The notes under the pieces: generated by a model
Seen by the model: the letters and a program-made list of their open reading frames with translations, nothing else
Told to the model about the DNA's origin: nothing
Databases searched by the model: none
Translations under genes and position numbers: made by a program
Part shown: piece by piece, positions 18,671 through 27,416 of the stretch
How the letters are laid out: every line of letters starts with the position of its first letter
How positions within the stretch are numbered: the stretch's first letter is position 1
Source of the DNA: Acholeplasmataceae bacterium UBA4853
Lineage (GTDB): Bacteria; Bacillota_I; Bacilli_A; Acholeplasmatales; Acholeplasmataceae
Direction of reading: 5' to 3'
Length of the DNA stretch: 64,000 nt
Assembly: GCA_002399815.1 (NCBI GenBank)
Contig: DHEJ01000010.1
Coordinates: 25,920-89,919 of the forward strand

Positions 18671-20035
18671 ATGGTCAATGAACAATTAAAAATTAATGAT
18701 GTAATCGAAGTACTTATTAAGAAGATAGGTATTAACGGAGAAGGTATTGGATATTACCATAAACTGGCTGTTTTTGTTGATAATGCTTTACCTGATGAAG
18801 TTGTAGAAGTCAGCATCAAAGAGATATTTCCTACGAGAATTGTTGCTGAAATTGTAAATATTAAAGTAAGTAGCCCTGACCGTTTAGAAGTTAAATATCC
18901 TTTATATGAATCTTGTGGTGCATATAATATGCAACACTTAACCTATAAAAGATCACTTCAATTAAAACGTGACATCTTAATTAATTCCTTAAATCATTAT
19001 TTAGATGAAAAAATAGTCTATGCCAAAATAAAACAAACAGTTGGTATGGAACAACCTTTAGGATACCGAAATAAAGTATCTTTACCAGCTAGAAAAATAG
19101 ATGGTAAAAATAAGTTTGGTTTATATGCTAAAGGGGGAAACGAATTTATCCCTGTTAATGATACACCGGTTCAACATCCAAGAATTAATGAAATGATTCA
19201 AGCGTTAGAAGTGCTCATGGATACATATAAGTTCCATGCATATATACAAAAAGATAAAAGTGGTTATGTTAAATCGGTTGTGATTAGAAGATCAGATACA
19301 ACAGGTGAAACTCAAGTATCTTTCCTATTAATGGAAAAATTTGAAGATATTTTAACAGTATCTGAAAAGTTAGTTGAACAATTTCCAGAGATTGTTTCAG
19401 TCTTTGCATTCTATACAAATGAGTATAAAGATCAAGTCTTCTTTTCTAAGGACTATGAAAAGATTCTTGGAAAAGCTACCATTAATGAAAAGATTAATGG
19501 TCAAACATTCTCACTATATCCTGAATCCTTTTTCCAGTTAAACACTAAGATGGCAGATATTTTCTATCATAAAATGAAAGTACTAGCAAACTTAAAAAAA
19601 GAAGATGTAGTCATTGATGCGTATGCAGGTATTGCACCAATCAGTCATTATATTGCAGCAGATGTTAAAAAAGTATATGCAATAGAAATTGATCAAAAGA
19701 GTGTTCAAAGTGCAATCTTATCCTTGAAAAGAAATAACATTACTAATGTTACGGTCATTCAATCAGACTTCACTAAAGCCTTAAAGAATTTAGAAATTGA
19801 TACAGTGGATGCAATGTTTTTTGATCCACCTAGAACTGGTCTTGGATATGATACCATTAAGCAAGTTTTAAAATATAAGCCTAAAAAGTTAATTTATGGA
19901 TCATGTAATCCTTCAACTTTAGCTAAAGATCTTGCTATATTACTTCAAACCTATGAACTTAAAGAAATTATACCTTTAGATATGTTTCCTTATACCCCAT
20001 TGGTGGAGAGTGTGTCGTTGCTTGTTTTAAGATAG
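18671..20035 (+). CDS. rlmD: 23S rRNA m5U methyltransferase RlmD/RumA-family paralog 2; catalytic motifs intact, Fe-S cysteines mostly lost
   Basis: FFQLN, DPPR, YGSCNP and DMFPYT are intact. The Fe-S segment reads YPLYESCGAY. Confidence 0.9.
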   Translation: MVNEQLKINDVIEVLIKKIGINGEGIGYYHKLAVFVDNALPDEVVEVSIKEIFPTRIVAEIVNIKVSSPDRLEVKYPLYESCGAYNMQHLTYKRSLQLKRDILINSLNHYLDEKIVYAKIKQTVGMEQPLGYRNKVSLPARKIDGKNKFGLYAKGGNEFIPVNDTPVQHPRINEMIQALEVLMDTYKFHAYIQKDKSGYVKSVVIRRSDTTGETQVSFLLMEKFEDILTVSEKLVEQFPEIVSVFAFYTNEYKDQVFFSKDYEKILGKATINEKINGQTFSLYPESFFQLNTKMADIFYHKMKVLANLKKEDVVIDAYAGIAPISHYIAADVKKVYAIEIDQKSVQSAILSLKRNNITNVTVIQSDFTKALKNLEIDTVDAMFFDPPRTGLGYDTIKQVLKYKPKKLIYGSCNPSTLAKDLAILLQTYELKEIIPLDMFPYTPLVESVSLLVLR

Positions 20036-20082
20036 CCTTACAAATTTATCAAAAATATCTGAAAGTTGATTATTTAGATTAT

Positions 20083-20117
20083 AATAGCCCATCTTTTGAT
20101 AAGTGGGCTATTTTTTT
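20083..20117 (+). terminator. Rho-independent terminator after rlmD paralog 2
   Basis: AATAGCCCA/TGGGCTATT stem plus T-run. Confidence 0.85.
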
Positions 20118-20292
20118 GTATCTCGCTAATTTTTAGGTGTATGTGGAAACATAGAATTTTATGTTTCCTAATTATGGAATCTTGAATGTGCGAACATGTT
20201 TTAATATCAAAATTGTTCGTGAATACCATCAATCATTGTTTTTAGATAGGATTGAATGTATAATAAAGACAAAACAATGATAGGGGATTAGT

Positions 20293-20436
20293 TTGAATAA
20301 GTTTGATTTGAATATTGAGTAGATACTTGAAAACCGGAAACCATATCATGCAGTTAGAGAAATCATCGCTAATGCATTAGATTAACAAAAACTAACAAAT
20401 ACAGAAGAAGGTAAAATATTCAAAAGAGGTAATGGT
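20293..20436 (+). pseudogene. 5' remnant of a GHKL (HATPase_c) ATPase gene with two in-frame stops
   Basis: AGGGGA RBS and TTG start. Translates MNKFDLNIE*ILENRKPYHAVREIIANALD*QKLTNTEE, containing the Bergerat-fold ExxxNAxD motif. Confidence 0.65.
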
Positions 20437-20490
20437 TTTTAGTGTATTAGAAAATATGTGTAACATTTAGGAATGGATGGAAGTGATAAA

Positions 20491-21486
20491 ATGAAAAAAG
20501 GACAATTTCAAGGTGAACTGTTTGAATTACTTATACTGAAACTTTTAAAGATGAGTGATTATGAAGTTGTAGATGTTTCTAAGCATAAAGATAGAATTCG
20601 ACAAAAAAGAAAGAATTTTATTGAGATTAAGGGACGCGGTGCATGGCATCAAATAGATGCACCATGCGATTACAAAGACAAGATTCCATTTATCTATCCT
20701 TTAAGATTGTTAGGTGAAGTTAAGTTTTTTAGCAAGACTGCAAGTAGTTCTGGATTTGCGACAAAAGAACACATCAGAGAATTAATTGGAATTTTAAAAG
20801 ATATAAGTGAAAACTATACCGTCTCAAGTAAATTGACGAAAGAGATGATTGAAAATAGAAGAACTGAAATTGGAGTTTTTTTCTCTGCAAATGGATTTAA
20901 TGAAGAGGCAGAGAAATTAGCGTATGCACACGATGTAAGAACTATATCATATGAAAACAATGAGATGGTAAGAGCCTATAAAGATATTATTGAGCACATA
21001 TGTAACCTAGAATTTGCGAGTAGGGCAGATATTTCAACCAGGAGAGTTAATCATATTAAAAAGCGTTTCAACGATTGTATTGTGTCAAGCAGTCATCTAT
21101 CAAGTAACGGGCATTATCCGTATCACGCTATAAAGGATTCTTTCATTGCATCTACAAAAACAGGATATCTATTTCATTTTTTAGGAAACAATGAATTTCC
21201 GAATGCACTTTTTCAAGCAAAAGATGCGATTGAATGCAAAATTTTTTATGATGAATCTGAAAATGGCGAAAGATTTTTCTATTTAACAATGAATGGTGAA
21301 AATAATAATAAGTACTATTTTTCAGCACCAAAATTTTTGAGTGAGAAATCATTGTTTGGAAATGACATGTTAGATATAAAGAGTGATGTGTTTGCCGAAT
21401 TATACTTTAACAAAAAAATTAATAACTTAAAAAGATCGCTGGTTTTGAAAATTGATACCGAATGGTTAAAATCTATTAGAAGATAG
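20491..21486 (+). CDS. PD-(D/E)xK restriction-endonuclease-like protein (Mrr_cat-like), no cognate methyltransferase nearby
   Basis: KGQFQGELFE, HQIDA...LLGEVKF and GVFFSANGFNEEAEKLAYAH (Mrr-like F-S-x-x-G-F motif). Confidence 0.7.
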   Translation: MKKGQFQGELFELLILKLLKMSDYEVVDVSKHKDRIRQKRKNFIEIKGRGAWHQIDAPCDYKDKIPFIYPLRLLGEVKFFSKTASSSGFATKEHIRELIGILKDISENYTVSSKLTKEMIENRRTEIGVFFSANGFNEEAEKLAYAHDVRTISYENNEMVRAYKDIIEHICNLEFASRADISTRRVNHIKKRFNDCIVSSSHLSSNGHYPYHAIKDSFIASTKTGYLFHFLGNNEFPNALFQAKDAIECKIFYDESENGERFFYLTMNGENNNKYYFSAPKFLSEKSLFGNDMLDIKSDVFAELYFNKKINNLKRSLVLKIDTEWLKSIRR

Positions 21487-21490
21487 ATTT

Positions 21491-21602
21491 ATGAGCAAAA
21501 TTAAATTACAAGATTTTTAGAGGTCGCGATATTCTTTATGTGATGAATGCAATCGATGAAGAAAATGATATACTCACTTTAAGGAATTTTTCAACATTTT
21601 GA
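21491..21602 (+). pseudogene. Possible frameshifted gene remnant directly after the nuclease
   Basis: ATG 4 nt after the nuclease stop. MSKIKLQDF continues, after removal of one T from a T5 run, as RGRDILYVMNAIDEENDILTLRNFSTF*. Confidence 0.3.
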
Positions 21603-21952
21603 GATAATAATTTTAGTTTTAAGGTATGTTTTTATATTACTTCAGTATATTTATATATCAAAAAACTTAAATGTGAAAACATATTGAAAACAGCTCAAAG
21701 CATACTACGACAACACTAATCAAGCACTTTGATATTGTCTTGGCAATTAGTCTGTGAAAACACACTGTATAATAAATAATATATAACATGAATACACTAG
21801 ACACTTCTCGATAGTGTGACGTCTCTCATATTAAAATAATGGCTTAACAAAAATGAATGATTAAAATGGACGCTAATTCAAAGGAATATAATAATAGTGT
21901 AATTTGCTAAAATGCATTAAACAATTCAATAGCATTGAAAAGGAGAAATAGT

Positions 21953-24019
21953 ATGAAAATCACTTATAAAAACTGTGGAAATATTAAAAAAGCAGACATA
22001 CAAATCGTAAAGGATAGATTAAATATCAAGTATGGAATGAACGGTATTGGTAAAACCACACTAGGTAAAAGTCTTGATGCCTTTGTAAATAATAATATAG
22101 ATGTTATAAATAGATATGTTTCATTTGGATCTAGCGAAGAACCTAAAGTAAGTTTCGATGGGATTAGCAGTACTTTATATTTTGATAATGATTATGTGGA
22201 GCGATTCCTCTTTCGGGAAGATCTGATTAATAATACATTTGAGATAATTGTTAAAACAGAAGATTATGAGATTCAAAAAAGTATTATTAGAGCGAGCTTT
22301 GAAGATTTAATAACAGAGATTAAGTCTGAAGAATTGTACAATGTTAGTGAAGAGATTAATCAAGTGCTAAATACAGTTAAACTTGATAAAAATAAAAAAA
22401 ACTTTCTAGGATCAACAAGCTTTGCTAAAGGTATAAAAAAAATTAATATTGAAACAATAATTGATGATAAGATTTCTGGATATAAAAAAATGTTAGTTAG
22501 TCCTAATAATTTTGAATGGATTGATTGGTTTAAAAAAGGAAAATTATTTGTTCAGGACAATGATTGCCCATTTTGCTTAAGTAAACTAGATTATAATTTT
22601 GATAACATGCATAACGTCGTTATAAATGCATTTGACAAAACATCTTTAAAAAATAGTGGCTCTGCAAATGCCACCTTAGCAACAATAAGAAAATATACTA
22701 CAAAAGAGATTTCTGACAACATTTTATCTGAACAAAAGACTGGAACAATTGGCAATGAATCAATAGAACAGATTAAAACTCTATTAACCCAATTTGAACT
22801 TGAAAATGTGAAATTACAGCAATTGCAGAATTTGAATTTTATTAGTCTGTCGTATCTTAGTAAAGACACATTGCAAAGCTATTTTGACTCTTTTAAACTA
22901 ACTGTGTCCTTATATAAAAACATATCTGAAGAAGTTTATAACAAGACTATAAATATTAATAATAAACTATCTGAATATATAAAGAAAATTGAAGTTTTAA
23001 ATACTGAGTTAATAAAACTTAAAGTTAAACTTACTACAAACATTAAAAAATTACATAAATTTGTGAATGATTTTTTTGAAATTTCTGGTATTCCGTATCA
23101 TATTGAAACAGTGATTAATAGTGAAGAAGATTGCAAAACAATATTAAAACCTATTGATATTGATATGATGGTTGATGACCCAAAGAATACGTTAAGTTAT
23201 GGCGAGCGAAATGCAATATCATTAATTCTGTTCAGTGTTGAAGCAATCAACAAAAATGTTGATTTAATTATATTAGATGATCCTGTTTCAAGCTTTGACG
23301 GAAGTAAAAAATATGCGATAATCTATCAATTATTCTCATCGAAAGTTAGGCCAAATTTAAGAGGTAAAACTGTACTTATGCTTACGCACGATTTTGTTCC
23401 CATTATAGATTTTGTCTATAATGGATTGCCTATAAGGGGTGAAATAGAGGCATCTTACCTTTATAATAAAAATGGTGAAATCAATGAATTGGCTATCGAT
23501 AGAAACGATATCATAAGTTGTGTAAAAAACGAGGAAAGATTAGCGCGTGATATTCAAAAAAATCATATTGCCAGATTGGTTCATTTAAGAAATTATTTTG
23601 ATTTAATCAATAAGAATGATTCTGATGAATACTCCTTAATATCTAATTTGTTGCATTTTAGAAGTAAACCTTTAAACCTTGACGAAACAGAAATGACATC
23701 AGAGAATATTTTACATGCTGCGTCATTGATTAAAGACTTTATTGAAGAATTTGACTACAACAATTCACTTACTATCGTAGATAATGTCGAAAATATCAAA
23801 GAATTGTTTAATGGTTCACTGAGTATTGATAAGGTTATAGCAGCTAGGTTGCTTTTAGAAAAAGATCCAAGTAAGCAAACAAATAAAATTTTATGGAAAT
23901 ACTTATGTGAGTTTTTTCATAACCAAAATCTATTGTTGTTTGATTTGGCCACAGAGAAGTATGAATTGATTCCGGAATACATTTTAAAAGCTTGTAGTGA
24001 TATTTTTGCTACTCTTTAA
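21953..24019 (+). CDS. SMC/Rad50-like ABC ATPase with zinc hook (AAA_13/RloC-like architecture)
   Basis: Walker A YGMNGIGKTT, coiled coil with CPFC hook, signature LSYGERNA, Walker B/D-loop LIILDDPVSSFD, H-loop LTHD and a ~200 aa helical C-terminus. AAGGAG RBS precedes ATG 21953. Confidence 0.8.
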   Translation: MKITYKNCGNIKKADIQIVKDRLNIKYGMNGIGKTTLGKSLDAFVNNNIDVINRYVSFGSSEEPKVSFDGISSTLYFDNDYVERFLFREDLINNTFEIIVKTEDYEIQKSIIRASFEDLITEIKSEELYNVSEEINQVLNTVKLDKNKKNFLGSTSFAKGIKKINIETIIDDKISGYKKMLVSPNNFEWIDWFKKGKLFVQDNDCPFCLSKLDYNFDNMHNVVINAFDKTSLKNSGSANATLATIRKYTTKEISDNILSEQKTGTIGNESIEQIKTLLTQFELENVKLQQLQNLNFISLSYLSKDTLQSYFDSFKLTVSLYKNISEEVYNKTININNKLSEYIKKIEVLNTELIKLKVKLTTNIKKLHKFVNDFFEISGIPYHIETVINSEEDCKTILKPIDIDMMVDDPKNTLSYGERNAISLILFSVEAINKNVDLIILDDPVSSFDGSKKYAIIYQLFSSKVRPNLRGKTVLMLTHDFVPIIDFVYNGLPIRGEIEASYLYNKNGEINELAIDRNDIISCVKNEERLARDIQKNHIARLVHLRNYFDLINKNDSDEYSLISNLLHFRSKPLNLDETEMTSENILHAASLIKDFIEEFDYNNSLTIVDNVENIKELFNGSLSIDKVIAARLLLEKDPSKQTNKILWKYLCEFFHNQNLLLFDLATEKYELIPEYILKACSDIFATL

Positions 24020-24030
24020 TATTGATTACA

Positions 24031-24900
24031 ATGAATAAAGAAAGTTATCAATTTGGGAATTTTGTGTTGAATTTTGAAAGTTTTCAGCAATTTAAATCTA
24101 AAATAGATTCTTTTAACGCGCGTGATTTCAACACATTAACTTATGAACAAGTATATAAGGAAGTTTCTGACATTTTATTTTTCGGTGGTTTCTTTCTTTC
24201 ATCTTATGATCCATATTATAGATCACAGGATTTGCTTAACTATAAGGATAAGTTTTACAGAATAAGAAAAACAAATAAAATAACATCTAATATTACAGAG
24301 TATTGGAATCCACCGGTTAATTATGTGACTAGATTTGGAAGACTAAATGATTTAAGAGAATCGGTTTTGTATACATCTAGAAATTCAATATTGACGCCAG
24401 TGAATGAGCTTGAAATTAAAAAAGATGATATTATCCTTGTAACTGTCTATACTTGGAATCATAAATATACGACATTACTAAAATATATGGGTATTATGAA
24501 AAATCAATACATTGATAAGGAAAATCTCCCATCTAAGTTGACAAATTTAAAACTATCTTTTATATCTGAATGGCTAATGAAAAAAAGTGATTCAAATTAT
24601 AATGTTTATAAAGTCACAAATTCAATCAGAAGATTTTATGTAAGAATACAAGATACAACCATTGATGGCTATATCTATCCTTCAACATTAAATGATAAAG
24701 CACTTAATACTGTTTTCTATTCATATGTTGCAAATAGAAATTTGATTTTAGAGAATATTTATTTTGGTCAAGTAACAAAAATATCCGATAGTTCAATTAC
24801 TCTAAAAAGCAATGTTTATATAAAGGTTATTGATGGAAAACCTTTTTCAGAACAGAAATCTGAATATACCAACTACGTTTTTAATAGTGAGTTAAAGTAA
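24031..24900 (+). CDS. RES-domain protein (NAD+-consuming toxin fold)
   Basis: FYRIR, WNPP, FGRLN, VLYTS, conserved E (VNEL), GYIYPS and NTVFY motifs. Starts 11 nt after the ATPase stop. Confidence 0.75.
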   Translation: MNKESYQFGNFVLNFESFQQFKSKIDSFNARDFNTLTYEQVYKEVSDILFFGGFFLSSYDPYYRSQDLLNYKDKFYRIRKTNKITSNITEYWNPPVNYVTRFGRLNDLRESVLYTSRNSILTPVNELEIKKDDIILVTVYTWNHKYTTLLKYMGIMKNQYIDKENLPSKLTNLKLSFISEWLMKKSDSNYNVYKVTNSIRRFYVRIQDTTIDGYIYPSTLNDKALNTVFYSYVANRNLILENIYFGQVTKISDSSITLKSNVYIKVIDGKPFSEQKSEYTNYVFNSELK

Positions 24901-25225
24901 GAAAATAAAATTTTCATTAATACTGATGTTATATCTGGTAATGTTAAGTGGTTGTTTAATAGAGAATAGTTATAATTTTTGATTTTATAAAACCATAGTT
25001 TTCAAATTATATCATTGATTAACTACTGCTTACGATTAAGGAACTTAATCCAAATCTAGTTTATAAAGACAGAGAAACAGTCGTCAAAAATAATACCATG
25101 AATGCAAGTATTAAAATCACGAACATAGATGTCGAAAAAAATTGAATGTGAAAACATACAAATTTATTTTTAATGAATGTTATAAGGAGAATAGATAGAT
25201 AGTAATTTGATGGAGGGAGATCATA

Positions 25226-25381
25226 ATGAATATAGATGTTTTAACGGAAGGATATAAAATCATTGATGTGGATTTCAAAGAATTTTAAATTAAAGTCATA
25301 AAACATGATAATTTAGAGTGCAAACTAATACAAAAATTAGGATCAAAATGTAGTAATAATTGTAAAAATCAAGAAAGGTAA
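25226..25381 (+). pseudogene. Short gene remnant with strong RBS
   Basis: GGAGGGAG RBS followed by MNIDVLTEGYKIIDVDFKEF*IKVIKHDNLECKL... Confidence 0.35.
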
Positions 25382-25709
25382 ATTTCAACTTACCAATTGA
25401 TTTGTATGTTTCCATACACTAAGTTTTCTAGAATTTGCAATTAAATTTATATACATGATGTATTCTTATCACCTATTTTTGCTTGAGTAGGGAAATATAA
25501 ATATGTTCCCTACCGCACTTTTTGCAAGCAATCGCTAATAGTCTAGGTTGGTGGAAAGTATCACGTTACTTGAATTAAATAGCTCTTTGTAAGTATATTC
25601 AAAACATATTTAATAAGTTTAAAAAAAGGCTTAAAATTCACTTTTATGCCTTTTATTTATATATTTAATCGATGGATTAAATTCTTATTAATATGTATTT
25701 ACTTAAAGA

Positions 25710-26516
25710 TTAATCAGTCTTTTTTAATAATTTAGAGCCTACCTTCTCTGCAATGGTATGTATGGCTAGATCAGGGAATGTTTCAAATAAACTCTTATTA
25801 AGTTTGTATTTAAGCTTAATCAGATAGATATCGTGATGAATATGTTCTGACACAATCCTAATCATTAAGTGATTTTGAGTAGTTGTTGCTTGCCATTCAT
25901 CTCTAAATGGATCATAGTTGGCTACTAATACGCTTTTTAAGTCACTAACTAACATTAACCGGTTTGCTCCAGTGTCCTCAATATTATGACTATATATGAA
26001 GACATTTGGCTTATCATAGTTTGTTTTAGCAAAACTAAAAATGTGGACATCTACACTTTTTCTTTTTAAGAATTCAAATGCATCATCAAAAAGTTCAAGT
26101 GGTAAATCTGTATTCATATAAACTTCCTGTCTTGATTCATAAAGAAGTGTTCTAGCCTTACCAATGATTGCATCAAAGCCATTCATATTAAAGTAGGGTG
26201 TTTTCAAGGGTTGAACCTTAATACTGTTTAAGGTTTTTTTTAATTCTATGATGTTTTCTTGATGTTTATAATCTAACATGCTGATGAGTTCATTTGGTTC
26301 TTGTGCATAGTATAATTCTTTTTGGCCACTTTCAAGTAGTACAATACCTTCCTGATGCATTTTATCAATTACAACATAGATAGAAGATCGTGATATTCTT
26401 AAATTTTTAGAAATCTCATATACTGTTTGACCGGGGTTTTCTAGTAAATACATATAGATTTGAGATTCAGTTTCAGAAAAATACATGGATTTCAATAAAT
26501 CAATACTTTTGTTCAT
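25710..26516 (-). CDS. TrmB-family transcriptional regulator
   Basis: FSETESQIYMYLL..PGQTVYEISKNLRISRSSIY winged HTH plus effector domain. AAGGAG RBS precedes ATG 26516. Confidence 0.88.
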   Translation of the reverse strand: MNKSIDLLKSMYFSETESQIYMYLLENPGQTVYEISKNLRISRSSIYVVIDKMHQEGIVLLESGQKELYYAQEPNELISMLDYKHQENIIELKKTLNSIKVQPLKTPYFNMNGFDAIIGKARTLLYESRQEVYMNTDLPLELFDDAFEFLKRKSVDVHIFSFAKTNYDKPNVFIYSHNIEDTGANRLMLVSDLKSVLVANYDPFRDEWQATTTQNHLMIRIVSEHIHHDIYLIKLKYKLNKSLFETFPDLAIHTIAEKVGSKLLKKTD

Positions 26517-26536
26517 AAGACACTCCTTCATCGTGT

Positions 26537-26561
26537 AACGTTGTCTATATTATACAACGTT
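26537..26561. promoter_or_regulatory. Inverted repeat over the trmB -10 box (candidate autoregulatory operator)
   Basis: AACGTTGT-N9-ACAACGTT, with TATAAT on the minus strand at 26549-26554. Confidence 0.5.
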
Positions 26562-26690
26562 TTATCATATTTAAATTAAAAAGTGAAACTGTTTAAATGC
26601 TTAGTAAGAATATAAAGAAAATGCTGTAATTATCATGTTATAATGGAGTACATGCACAATAAAAATAGCACTTGAATGGAGACTTATTAA

Positions 26691-27410
26691 ATGAGTAAAG
26701 TTTTAATTTTTGACTATGATGGCACGTTTTATCGTAGTAAAGAAGAAATCAAAATTAATATAGAGTTGATAAAAAAAGCTAAAGAAAATGGACATATATT
26801 TGTAGTTGCTACCGGTAGAAGTTATAGTAGTTTTATGAAGGAAGTCGAAAAGTTTCAAATCGTTTATGACTATTTGATTCTTTGTAGTGGTGGACTGATT
26901 TTAGATCGTAATCATCATATTATTCATGCATTTAATATGGAACATGAACGAATGGATTCATTAACCTTGCTTATGAATAACTACCAAGATCTTATAATTT
27001 CAAATATGTTTATCTCAACATTTATTAATAGTAAAACATACGAACCTAACTTAGATATCTTAAAAGTGACCTATAACTTTCCAAAAATAGATACTGTTTA
27101 CCAAATTAAAGAATCTATTCAAGCTGATTTTAATGATGCATTTAAAGTATATGTTATTCCAACCCATACTGAAAACTTAGTTGAGATTATTTCTAATAAA
27201 ACAGATAAAGCAGTAGCTATTCAATATTTATTAAATTGGATTAATAAAAAACACGATATTATCGTGGCAGGTGATTCAGAGAATGATTTAGAAATGATTG
27301 AAACATTTAATGGATATTTAATGAGCAATTATGATAAAAATATCCAAGTGAACCATACTAAAATTGCTACATCAATTCAATATATTCTAGATTTAGAAAA
27401 TATCATTTAA
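26691..27410 (+). CDS. Cof-type HAD-IIB hydrolase
   Basis: FDYDGT, ATGRS, DKAVA and GDSENDLEM. Confidence 0.9.
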   Translation: MSKVLIFDYDGTFYRSKEEIKINIELIKKAKENGHIFVVATGRSYSSFMKEVEKFQIVYDYLILCSGGLILDRNHHIIHAFNMEHERMDSLTLLMNNYQDLIISNMFISTFINSKTYEPNLDILKVTYNFPKIDTVYQIKESIQADFNDAFKVYVIPTHTENLVEIISNKTDKAVAIQYLLNWINKKHDIIVAGDSENDLEMIETFNGYLMSNYDKNIQVNHTKIATSIQYILDLENII

Positions 27411-27416
27411 ATATTT

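Larger units (their letters stand above)
20142..25513. repeat. Dispersed motif TGTGRAAACATA (extended form TTRAATGTGAAAACATA) at module boundaries of the accessory island
   Basis: Direct copies at 20142, 20187, 21672, 21753 and 25147; inverted variants at 20160, 25405 and 25502. The copies at 21667-21683 and 25142-25158 match at 16/17. Confidence 0.65.

Noticed and set aside
20191-20205. CGAACATGTTT (and CGAACATAGATGTCG at 25120) as LexA/SOS boxes
   Set aside because: Spacing and right half do not fit CGAAC-N4-GTTCG. They are better explained as variants of the island repeat.
11051-24920. Exact 15-mer TAAAATTTTCATTAA at 11051 and 24906 as att sites of a 14-kb element
   Set aside because: It is 14/15 A/T. 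A rough estimate gives several such chance matches in a window this AT-rich, and the enclosed region contains housekeeping-type genes (helicase, rlmD).
20120-25700. Island as an intact prophage, ICE or transposon
   Set aside because: No integrase, transposase, relaxase or phage gene is present, and no duplication of the rlmD 3' end was found at the right border.
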